Assembly: GCA_036267135.1 (NCBI GenBank)
Contig: DATAWQ010000079.1
Coordinates: 9,342 to 73,341 of the forward strand
Direction of reading: 5' to 3'
DNA: 64,000 bases
Source of the DNA: Streptosporangiaceae bacterium
GTDB taxonomy: Bacteria > Actinomycetota > Actinomycetes > Streptosporangiales > Streptosporangiaceae
The position numbers and the translations under genes were made by a program. The notes under the pieces are model-generated. The model worked only from the letters and a program-made list of their open reading frames with translations, had not been told where the DNA came from and searched no databases. The stretch's first letter is position 1; the number at the start of each line of letters is the position of its first letter. This document shows, piece by piece, positions 30,025-38,313 of this stretch.

Positions 30025-30151
30025 ATCAGTCCTTCGGGGTGCCGGTTAGTGCACGATTCCCCGCCCGCCTGAGCAGAATCAATTCAACGCAGTTACCCCA
30101 CCTGTTGTCAACTTCTAACCCCGCGCATCCGGGGTCCCCTGAACAGCTTGC

Positions 30152-31606
30152 TCAGAAGAAGCGGCGCATCAGCTTCTTGCTGGCCTCGCTGTAGGGCGGG
30201 TAGAGGAACGAGGGATCGGGCTTGGCCGGCTTGGCCAGGACCGCCTTGCGGTGGCTGAACGTCTGGAAGCCCCACTCGCCGTGGTAGGCGCCCAGCCCGG
30301 AGTTGCCGACGCCGCCGAACGGGAGCTGCGGCACCAGGCAGTGCATGGCCAGGTGGTTGACCACCACGCCGCCCGAGCTGGTCGAGGCGATCACCTGCTC
30401 CCGCACCGCCCGCGACCCGGTGAACAGGTACAGGGCCAGCGGCTTGGGCCGTTCGTTGACGAAGTCCACCGCCGCGTCCACCGACGGCACGCTGAGCACC
30501 GGCAGCACCGGCCCGAAGATCTCCTCGGTCATCAGCGGCGAGGCCGGGTCGGGGTCGATCACGATGGTGGGCTCGATCGTCTGGGCCTCGCGGTCCACCC
30601 CGCCGCCCAGCGCGACCGTGCCGGCCCCGTCCAGCAGGCGGCCGATGCGGTCGAGCTGCCTGAGGTTCACGATGGGCTGCCCGGCCGGTTCGCCATCCTG
30701 AAAGCCGGCCACGGTGTCCTTGATGCGGTCGACCAGTTCGTCGCGCACGGCGGCGTCGGCCAGCACGTAGTCGGGGGCGATGCAGGTCTGGCCCGAGTTC
30801 AGCAGCTTGGTCCAGGCGATCCGGCGCGCCGCGACCCGCAGGTCCGCGTCGGCGGCGATGATCACCGGGCTCTTGCCGCCGAGCTCCAGCGTCACCGGGA
30901 TGAGCCGGGCCGACGCGGCGGCCATGACCTTCTTGCCGATCTCCGGGCCGCCGGTGAAGAACACGTGGTCGAGGTCGGTGGCCAGCAGTTCCTGGCTGAC
31001 CGCGGCGTCGCCCTCCGCCGCGGCGACCGCGCCGGGGTCGAGGTAGGCCGGCAGCAGCCTGGCCAGCAGGGCGGCCGTGGCGGGGGCGTGCTCGGACGGC
31101 TTGACCACCGCGCAGTTCCCGGCGGCGATGGCGCCGATCAGCGGCCCGAGCGTCAGGTAGACCGGGTAGTTCCACGGCCCGATGATGAGCACGACGCCGA
31201 GCGGCTCGTACTGGTAGAACCCCCGGCCGGGCTGCATGGCCAGCGGCACCCGGGTGTGGCGGCGGCGGGCCCAGCGCTTGAGGTGGCGGCGGGCGAACAC
31301 GGCCTCGGCCTTGGTCCCGGCGATGTCACCCAGCCAGGCGTAGTGCGCGGACCGGCCGAGATCGGTGTGCAGCGCGGCGGCGATGTCCGCCTCGCGCTCG
31401 GTGAGCAGCCGCTCGATGGCCGCGAGCTGGCGCAGCCGCCAGCCCAGGTCGCGGGTCAAGCCGGAGGCGAACGAGCGGCGCAGCCGCGCCACCTCGTCGG
31501 CCGGCCGGGGGCCGGGCGCCGAGGTGGCGGTGCTGGACGTGTCTGGGCTGGACGTGTCTGGGCTGGAACCGCCTGGGCTGGAAATGTCTGGGGTAACGGA
31601 GGTCAT
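30152..31606 (-). CDS. Aldehyde dehydrogenase (class 3 / fatty aldehyde type)
   Basis: 484 aa from ATG 31606, with GGGAGGAG upstream. Motifs GPWNYP, VKPSE, ELGGKSP, and the catalytic region GQTCIAPDY. N-terminal SSPDT repeat from the 15-nt x4 tandem repeat at 31532-31591. Confidence 0.9.
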   Translation of the reverse strand: MTSVTPDISSPGGSSPDTSSPDTSSTATSAPGPRPADEVARLRRSFASGLTRDLGWRLRQLAAIERLLTEREADIAAALHTDLGRSAHYAWLGDIAGTKAEAVFARRHLKRWARRRHTRVPLAMQPGRGFYQYEPLGVVLIIGPWNYPVYLTLGPLIGAIAAGNCAVVKPSEHAPATAALLARLLPAYLDPGAVAAAEGDAAVSQELLATDLDHVFFTGGPEIGKKVMAAASARLIPVTLELGGKSPVIIAADADLRVAARRIAWTKLLNSGQTCIAPDYVLADAAVRDELVDRIKDTVAGFQDGEPAGQPIVNLRQLDRIGRLLDGAGTVALGGGVDREAQTIEPTIVIDPDPASPLMTEEIFGPVLPVLSVPSVDAAVDFVNERPKPLALYLFTGSRAVREQVIASTSSGGVVVNHLAMHCLVPQLPFGGVGNSGLGAYHGEWGFQTFSHRKAVLAKPAKPDPSFLYPPYSEASKKLMRRFF

Positions 31607-31907
31607 GGCCGCTCTCCTCCCACGTGGGCTGGGCGTTGGCCTCAATCTAATCCGGGAGGTTCGGATACGCGAAGCACCCGCGGGCCGGGTGGCGCGGTGG
31701 CCTTCGCCGGCCGGGTGATCCGCTACGCGGCCGCCAACGCGGACCCGGCGGCAGCGGCCGGGGGCAGCGCGCCGCCTGGCTGGCGGGCGCCGGTCTGGAT
31801 GTTTGCCGGAGTGTGTCATCCGCTGGCCGTGTGGGGGAGTCGTAGTGGTGAGGGTATTCATCGTTTACTGGCAGTGGCTGGCGGCCGGGCGGGCATGGGA
31901 GGTTTCG

Positions 31908-32588
31908 ATGGGCACGTGGCGGATCGCGGGGATGAACAGCTTAGGGCGGGGTGGGCCTGCGCTGGTGGCGGCGCTGGCGGTGGGGGCGGCGGTGCTGGCC
32001 GGGGCGGGCCAGGCGGCCGCGGCGGCGCATCCGGGCCAGCCGGGGGTGGCCGGTGGCCCTCAGCCGGGGGCGGCGGGGGTGATCTCGACCGTGGTGGGCG
32101 GGGTCGGCGGCCCGGGCCTGGCCACCCGGCTGGCGATAGGCCCGTGTGGGGTGGCGTCCGGCGACGGCAAGGTCTACATCGCCACGGGCGAGACGGTGCG
32201 GAAGATGAGCTCGGGCAGCGACTGGCTGACCACGCCCGCGGGCACCGGCGTCCCCGGGAAATCCAGCGGTGGAGGCCCGGCCGTCAGGGCCGCCCTGAAC
32301 GCGGCGTGCGGGGTCGGTGTGGACGGGTCTGGCAACCTGGTGATTGCCGACACACAGAACCAGCGGGTCCAGGTGGTGGCGGCCCGCACCGGCACCTTCT
32401 ACGGCCAGGCCATGACCACCGGCGACATCTACACCGTGGCCGGCACCGGCCACGAGGGGTTCTCCGGCGACGGTGGCCCGGCCACCAGCGCTGAACTCGA
32501 TGTCCCGGGCGGTGTGGCCGTGGACGGCGCGGACAACCTGCTCATCGCCGACACCGGCAACGACCGGATCCGGGAGGTGACAGGCTGA
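31908..32588 (+). CDS. Secreted NHL-repeat protein
   Basis: 226 aa from ATG 31908, with GGGAGG upstream. Signal peptide. Repeats of the type GVGVDGSGNLVIADTQNQRV and GVAVDGADNLLIADTGNDRI. Confidence 0.75.
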   Translation: MGTWRIAGMNSLGRGGPALVAALAVGAAVLAGAGQAAAAAHPGQPGVAGGPQPGAAGVISTVVGGVGGPGLATRLAIGPCGVASGDGKVYIATGETVRKMSSGSDWLTTPAGTGVPGKSSGGGPAVRAALNAACGVGVDGSGNLVIADTQNQRVQVVAARTGTFYGQAMTTGDIYTVAGTGHEGFSGDGGPATSAELDVPGGVAVDGADNLLIADTGNDRIREVTG

Positions 32589-32675
32589 GGCTCTGACCTC
32601 AGAAGCAGCGTGGCCGCTCTCGCCCCGTGACAAGGGTGGGCGCGGGCCTCACTACAGGCGCGGGACGCTGGATAC

Positions 32676-32726
32676 GCGAACCACCCGCGGGCCCGATGAC
32701 TGGGACCGGTCCCGCGGGTGGTTCGC
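32676..32726. terminator. Bidirectional terminator hairpin (gcgaaccacccgcggg ... cccgcgggtggttcgc)
   Basis: 16-nt perfect arms separated by a 19-nt loop (32692-32710), between the convergent genes ending at 32588 (+) and 32767 (-). Confidence 0.6.
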
Positions 32727-32766
32727 TAGTTCCCGGCTGAGCGAGTGTCAGCGGTGAGCCGGCGGG

Positions 32767-33405
32767 TCAGGACTTGACCTTGGCCTTGCCCAGGGTGAGC
32801 GTGATCGTGTTGTTCGGCCCGGGCAGGGTCAGGTTGATCAGCAGCGTGGCCAGCCCGCACCCGGCGAACGACGGAATGGTGTAGGTGCCGGTCACGGTGC
32901 CGCCCTTGAGCACGTTGAAGCCGGGCTGGCTGTTCAGCGTCGCGATGACCGGGTCTGAAGTCTGGCAGGCCGACCCCACGGGGACGCTGAGACCCGCCAC
33001 CGACAGGCTGACGATCCGCATGGTGATGTGCGAGGTAGTTTGCACCGCGCCGGTGGACAGGTCGAGTGTGCCGGTGGTCGGGCCGTCGTTGACGAGCTGT
33101 GCGGTCGCGGTGACCGGGATCAGGCCGAATTCCTTGAACGAGCCGGTCGCGTCGGGCAGTTTCAGGTTCGCGGTGAGCGCGCCGGTGTTCAGGTCCACGG
33201 TCGAGGCCAGCTTGCCCGGCCCGAGCGCCAGCGTGGCTCCGGGCGCGGCCAGGGTGGTGCTGCCGCTGACCGGGTAGGTGGCCTTGAGCGTGGTGTCGGC
33301 GGAGGCCGCCGCCGAGCCCGCCACCAGGGTGGCCGCGGCCACCACGGCGACGCCGGCCATGCCGGCCCCGCCGCGGAGCCAGGCCCGCCTGATCGATAGG
33401 TTCAT
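32767..33405 (-). CDS. Secreted protein of unknown function
   Basis: 212 aa. Signal peptide ending AAASA-DTT. Thr/Gly/Leu-rich, beta-type composition, two Cys. GAGGAA upstream of the ATG. Confidence 0.6.
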   Translation of the reverse strand: MNLSIRRAWLRGGAGMAGVAVVAAATLVAGSAAASADTTLKATYPVSGSTTLAAPGATLALGPGKLASTVDLNTGALTANLKLPDATGSFKEFGLIPVTATAQLVNDGPTTGTLDLSTGAVQTTSHITMRIVSLSVAGLSVPVGSACQTSDPVIATLNSQPGFNVLKGGTVTGTYTIPSFAGCGLATLLINLTLPGPNNTITLTLGKAKVKS

Positions 33406-33705
33406 TTCCTATTCCTCACTCTCCGCTAACGTTGAAAGGCAGATCCGCACCCAGTGCAATGGCTTTGCCGCCAACTATGGGCAGGCATGGGGCAGGCCGA
33501 ATTCGTATTACCGGAAAGCCGACACTCTCAGGCCCTGAGCAGGCGTTCTGTCCTCCGGAATAGGTCTTCCTACCCGCGAGTAGCTTACTGTTTCATGACA
33601 TGCCGCACAAGGATTCACGGGAAAAGGACGAACAGACTTACTCTGGGGGGACGTACATTGTCACCTGTTTATAATGGACCTCGGCCCGCTTGTTAGGCAG
33701 TGAGC

Positions 33706-33733
33706 CGCGGCGCCACCGTGGGCGGGCGCCGCC
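33706..33733 (-). terminator. Candidate terminator hairpin downstream of recQ
   Basis: cgcggcgcc-accgtgggcg-ggcgccgcc lies 15 nt past the recQ stop. GC-rich stem with no U-tract, as is common in actinomycetes. Confidence 0.4.
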
Positions 33734-33747
33734 GAGAGTTCCCGGGC

Positions 33748-35865
33748 TTAACCGGTGCTGGCGGCGAGGGCCAGCGGCAGCACGGCGGGCGCGCCGGCCT
33801 CGCGCAGCAGCTTGGCCGCCACGGTCATCGTCCAGCCGGTGTCGACCCGGTCGTCGACCAGGAGCACCGGCCCGTCCAGCGACGCGACCGCGTCGCCGAC
33901 CTGACCGGGGACGGCGAACGCGGCCCAGAGCGCACGCAGCCGCTGCGCGCTGTTGTACTGAGCGGCCGGCCTGTCGGCCACGCGCTCGAGCTGGCCCAGA
34001 TACGGCAGCCGGCCCAGGCTGGCGATCCGCTCGCCGAGGCTGGCCACCAGCCGCGGCCGGGACCGGGACGGCACGGTGATCACCCCGGCGGGCCGTTGTG
34101 CCCAGTCCCAGGAGGCCAGCACCTTGACCACCGCGTCCACCATCTCACCGGGGACCGGCCCGTCGGCCGCGCCGTCGGCGAACAGAGCACGCAGCCGCGG
34201 CCCCCAGCCGAGGTCGGTCAGCCGGGCCAGGACGCGGCCGGGCTCGGCGGCCAGCCCGGCCGGAATCTTGCCGGACACCTCGACGCCGAGCCCGGGCATA
34301 CCGGTCGGCCACATCTTCCGCGGCGCGACCTCGATGCCGGGGCGGAGCAGCCGCTCTTTGGCCCGCTCGATCCCGGCCGCCGAAACCTGGCCGGGCCAGT
34401 GCCGCCCCGTGCAGTTGTCGCAGCGCCCGCACGCGGCCGCGTCCGGGTCGTCGAGCTCGCGGCGCAGGTACTCCATCCGGCACTCATCGGTGGCGATGTA
34501 GCCGAGCATGGCCCGCTGCTCGCGGGACCGCTCGGCCGCCACCCTGGTGTACCGGTCCGCGTCGTAGGCCCAGGGCTGCCCGGTGACTTCCCAGCCCCCG
34601 CTCACCCGGCGGACCGCGCCGTCCACGTCCAGCACCTTGAGCATCATCTCCAGCCGACTGCGGCTGAGATCGACCCTGGTCTCCAGCGCGGCGGTGGACA
34701 GCGGCCGGCCCGCGTCGCCGAGCGCGGCCAGCGTGCCCCGCACCACGGCCTCGGGCGGGAACGCGAGCGACCCGAAGTACGCCCAGATGTCGGCGTCTTC
34801 GCGGCCCGGCAGCAGCACCACGTCGGCGCGGTCCACGCCGCGCCCGGCCCGGCCGATCTGCTGGTAGTAGGCGACCGGCGACTGCGGGGCGCCAAGATGC
34901 ACGACAAACCCCAGGTCGGGCTTGTCGAAACCCATGCCGAGTGCGCTAGTGGCTATCAATGCCTTGAGCTCGTTAGCGATAAGCGAGTCTTCGGCTTGGC
35001 ACCGTTCATTATGTTCGGTCTTTCCCGTATAAGCGGCCACCGAATGCCCACGGTCCCGCAGGAACGCAGCCGTCTCGTGTGCGGCCGCGACGGTCAGCGT
35101 GTAGACGATGCCGGAGCCTGGCAGCTCGCCGAGGTGCTCGTCCAGCCAGGCCATCCGCTGCTGCGGGCCGGGCAGGTCGACCACGCCCAGGTGCAGGCTG
35201 TCGCGGTCCAGCGGTCCACGCAGCACCAGCGCCTGCTCGCCGGCGCCCGCGCCGAGCTGCTCGGCAACGTCCCTGGTGACCCGGGCGTTCGCGGTCGCGG
35301 TGGTGGCCAGCACCGGCACGCCGGGCGGCAGCTCGTCCAGCAGGGTGCGCAGCCGCCGGTAGTCCGGCCGGAAGTCGTGGCCCCAGTCGGAGATGCAGTG
35401 TGCCTCGTCCACCACCAGCATCCCGGCCGCCGCGGTCAGCTTGGGCAGCACCTGGTCGCGGAAGCCGGGGTTGTTCAGCCGTTCCGGGCTGACCAGCAGC
35501 ACGTCCACCTGCCCGTCCGTCACCTCGGCGTAGACCTCGTCCCACTGCTCGACGTTGGCCGAGTTCACCGTCCGGGCCGCGATGCCGGCCCGGCCGGCCG
35601 CGTCGATCTGGTTGCGCATCAGGGCGAGCAGCGGAGAGACGATCACCGACGGCCCGGCGCCGCGGGCCCGCAGCAGCGCGGTCGCGGTGAAGTAGACCGC
35701 CGACTTCCCCCACCCCGTCCGCTGCACCACCAGCGCGCGGCGGTGCTCCTCGACCAGCGCGCGGATCGCCGTCCACTGGTCCTCGCGCAGCCGCGCGTGC
35801 TCGCCCGCCAGCGCGCGCAGGCATGTCTCGGCCTCGTCCCGGAGCGTGCTCGTCTTCTCGGTCAC
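33748..35865 (-). CDS. recQ: RecQ-family ATP-dependent DNA helicase fused to a C-terminal phosphoribosyltransferase (ComF-like) domain
   Basis: 705 aa. Walker A TGWGKS, DEAH box [23 protein letters not shown] motif, zinc-finger Cys cluster (CGRCDNC). C-terminal PRT signature [14 protein letters not shown]. Confidence 0.9.
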   Translation of the reverse strand: MTEKTSTLRDEAETCLRALAGEHARLREDQWTAIRALVEEHRRALVVQRTGWGKSAVYFTATALLRARGAGPSVIVSPLLALMRNQIDAAGRAGIAARTVNSANVEQWDEVYAEVTDGQVDVLLVSPERLNNPGFRDQVLPKLTAAAGMLVVDEAHCISDWGHDFRPDYRRLRTLLDELPPGVPVLATTATANARVTRDVAEQLGAGAGEQALVLRGPLDRDSLHLGVVDLPGPQQRMAWLDEHLGELPGSGIVYTLTVAAAHETAAFLRDRGHSVAAYTGKTEHNERCQAEDSLIANELKALIATSALGMGFDKPDLGFVVHLGAPQSPVAYYQQIGRAGRGVDRADVVLLPGREDADIWAYFGSLAFPPEAVVRGTLAALGDAGRPLSTAALETRVDLSRSRLEMMLKVLDVDGAVRRVSGGWEVTGQPWAYDADRYTRVAAERSREQRAMLGYIATDECRMEYLRRELDDPDAAACGRCDNCTGRHWPGQVSAAGIERAKERLLRPGIEVAPRKMWPTGMPGLGVEVSGKIPAGLAAEPGRVLARLTDLGWGPRLRALFADGAADGPVPGEMVDAVVKVLASWDWAQRPAGVITVPSRSRPRLVASLGERIASLGRLPYLGQLERVADRPAAQYNSAQRLRALWAAFAVPGQVGDAVASLDGPVLLVDDRVDTGWTMTVAAKLLREAGAPAVLPLALAASTG

Positions 35866-36003
35866 CCGTCCTTCGTACCAGCCGGCGCCGACACCTGTGC
35901 GCGTTGTCAGTGGGCTGAGGGATTATGACAATGAACGGCTGCGCCCCGGAGCGCGGCCGCAGGGACCGTCGCGGGAGCGGGCGGTCGCAGAAAGGGTCCG
36001 CCG

Positions 36004-36912
36004 ATGCACACGACCGCCGACGAGGTCGTGGCCACGTTCGCGGTCACCCCGAAGGCCCGGGAACTGCTGCGGCGGTGGCAGACCGACCCGGCCAGGCCGC
36101 ACGTGCCCAGGGTGGTGCTGGCGCACACCACGCGGGTGCTCTACACACTCGACCCGGCCGGGATCGAGGCGGTGTGCGCGGCCAGCGAACACCCGCTCGG
36201 CGACATCCGCAAACAGGCCGCGATGGCGGTCGGCCCGGTGGTGGACTGGCGCCCCGACTTCGCGTTCACGCACGTCATGCACCTGGCCATGGAGCGGCTC
36301 GGGAACCTGCCGAGCTTCGGCGAATTCACCGCGTTCTGCTCGGGCGACCCGTTGGGGCGGTTCGCGCTCGGCGATCCCGCGCGGCGGGTCAGGGAGCTGG
36401 CGGGCCGGCAGGGCTTCGCGCCTGGGCAGGCGGCGCAGGCGGTGCGGTGGCGGATCGGGCTGGCGTACTACTCGTTCGCGCGTGAGGCGTACATCCTCGC
36501 GGTACTGCGGGGCGCTGGCCTGGACGTGCGCGCACACCCGCTGGCGGACGCTCTGTTCCGGGCCGACGCGTGGACCGGGCGGACGGTGCTGAGCATCTAC
36601 GTGAGTAACCCCCGCTTCCGGGACGGCCCGCGCGGCCGCAAACCGCGCTCCGGCCAGATCCTGGCGGGCGCCCAGCCCCCCTTCCACCACGAAGAACTCC
36701 GCCTGGCCCCCCGCCACGAATACGGCTGCGTCCACCTCCCCGACCCCACCGAAATCCGCGCCGTCGCCGCCCGCCTCACCCCTCGCCCACCCCTTTCACG
36801 CCCACCCACGTCACTCCCACACCCCTCACACCCACCCACCTCAGTCCCACCCGTCTCACACCCACCCACCTCCGGGCCCGCGCCCGGCCCGCACCGCGCG
36901 CCGACCTCATGA
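36004..36912 (+). CDS. Hypothetical protein (conserved-looking ~240-aa body plus a HPPTS-rich repeat tail)
   Basis: 302-aa ORF with good GC3 bias, divergent from recQ. No family recognised. The C-terminus carries degenerate repeats (SHPPTSVPPVSHPPTS). Confidence 0.55.
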   Translation: MHTTADEVVATFAVTPKARELLRRWQTDPARPHVPRVVLAHTTRVLYTLDPAGIEAVCAASEHPLGDIRKQAAMAVGPVVDWRPDFAFTHVMHLAMERLGNLPSFGEFTAFCSGDPLGRFALGDPARRVRELAGRQGFAPGQAAQAVRWRIGLAYYSFAREAYILAVLRGAGLDVRAHPLADALFRADAWTGRTVLSIYVSNPRFRDGPRGRKPRSGQILAGAQPPFHHEELRLAPRHEYGCVHLPDPTEIRAVAARLTPRPPLSRPPTSLPHPSHPPTSVPPVSHPPTSGPAPGPHRAPTS

Positions 36913-37026
36913 TCGTGAAGACCTGCACGTACCCACACACGCACAAGTCTTCACGCTGACGGACGCACCCCCGGCCCACGGAGGGGGCAACCCTCGCGTT
37001 GCTGGGTTCGGGGCCAGCGGGAGCGG

Positions 37027-37632
37027 TCAGCGGAGCCGGCGGGTGAGGGTGAGGGCCAGCCAGAAGGCGGCGCCCGCCAGGGGCAGCTCCACGAAGGCCG
37101 CCTCGGCGAGGGCAAGCAGGTGGTCCGTGCCCGGCGCGCTCGTGCAAACGTCGAACCAGGCGTCGACGGTGAGCAATACGCCGAGGGCCACGGCTGCCAG
37201 GCTGGCCCGGGCGTCGGCCCGCGCCAGCAGCGCAGCGGTGGCGAGGGCCGCCACTGCTTCGGCGGCGTCGAGTCCCACCCAGGCCAGCGACCAGTTCTGC
37301 GCCTGGGCCGAGTGCGGCAGCGTCACGGCCAGCACTGCGCACCACGGCACCAGGAACACCCCCACCACCAGCGCAGCCAGTCGCGCCCACCACCGCAACG
37401 ACCCCCGCCCGCCGCCCGCCCGCGTCGCGGCCACCCCTCCCCCCGCGACCTGTCCACGACCGGCACTCGCGCTGGCCGCCGTTACCTCAGGGACGGGTGA
37501 CCTGGTCGGGTCGGAGAGGCCCCATGCGGGGTGAGGTGCTCCGTGGGGGTGAGGTGCTCCGTGGGGGTGGGGGGCTCCGTGGGGGTCGGGGGCCTGGTCG
37601 GGACGGGGCGGCAGGGTGTCGATGACGGTCAT
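37027..37632 (-). CDS. Integral membrane protein with an N-terminal PHGAPH x3 repeat
   Basis: 201 aa with 4 predicted TM helices. The 18-nt x3 tandem repeat at 37528-37581 encodes the repeat. Divergent from a wHTH regulator. Confidence 0.6.
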   Translation of the reverse strand: MTVIDTLPPRPDQAPDPHGAPHPHGAPHPHGAPHPAWGLSDPTRSPVPEVTAASASAGRGQVAGGGVAATRAGGGRGSLRWWARLAALVVGVFLVPWCAVLAVTLPHSAQAQNWSLAWVGLDAAEAVAALATAALLARADARASLAAVALGVLLTVDAWFDVCTSAPGTDHLLALAEAAFVELPLAGAAFWLALTLTRRLR

Positions 37633-37654
37633 GGGGGGCTACGGTAGGTCTACA

Positions 37655-37692
37655 GAGAAAATTCTGCAAATCTTTTTCTGCAGAACTTTCTC
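37655..37692. promoter_or_regulatory. Long AT-rich inverted repeat GAGAAAATTCTGCA-N10-TGCAGAACTTTCTC (candidate operator in a divergent promoter)
   Basis: 13 of 14 positions are complementary. It includes the TTCTGCAGAA palindrome at 37676-37685. Located between genes starting at 37632 (-) and 37708 (+). Confidence 0.5.
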
Positions 37693-37707
37693 GGTAATTC
37701 TGGTAAG

Positions 37708-38307
37708 GTGCGGGACATGGCTGTCAGATCGCGTCAGGTGGTGGGCGACGCCAAGCGGTGGAAGGCACTGGCGCATCCGCTGCGCCAGGAGATGTTGCGG
37801 CATCTGGCGGAGGATGGGCCCGCCACGTCTACGACGATCGCCGCCGCACTGGGCGAGAACACCGGGACGACCAGCTACCACCTGCGGGTGCTGGCCGACG
37901 CCGGGGTGATCGAGGAGGTGCCGGAGCGCGCGAACGGGCGGGAGCGCTGGTGGCGCACGTTTCCCGTCGACCACCGTGAGCCGGACTACGACAGCCTCAG
38001 CCCGGAAGACCGGGCCGCGCTCGACGAGTGGCGGGCCGCCCAGATCCCGGATGAGATCGCGCTGGTCAACCGGTTCATCAGGGACGTCCGCAAGCACGGT
38101 AAATGGGCCAAGGCCTCCCGGGCCGGCGGTTACTTCACCGTCGAGGGCCTCGAAGCCCTGCACGACGACTACGTGGCCCTGCTGAACAAGTACGGCTACA
38201 CCAGGGAGGACGCCCCGCCGGACGCCCGCCCCATGCTGCTGCGCATGTTCTACATCCCCGAGGAGCCCGCCGAGGCCGACCCCGACCCCAACGCTGGGCA
38301 AACGTAG
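37708..38307 (+). CDS. ArsR-type winged-helix regulator with an extended C-terminal domain
   Basis: 199 aa. KALAHPLRQEMLRHLAEDGPATSTTIAAALGENTGTTSYHLRVLADAGVIEEV. Confidence 0.8.
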   Translation: MRDMAVRSRQVVGDAKRWKALAHPLRQEMLRHLAEDGPATSTTIAAALGENTGTTSYHLRVLADAGVIEEVPERANGRERWWRTFPVDHREPDYDSLSPEDRAALDEWRAAQIPDEIALVNRFIRDVRKHGKWAKASRAGGYFTVEGLEALHDDYVALLNKYGYTREDAPPDARPMLLRMFYIPEEPAEADPDPNAGQT

Positions 38308-38313
38308 CCGCGC

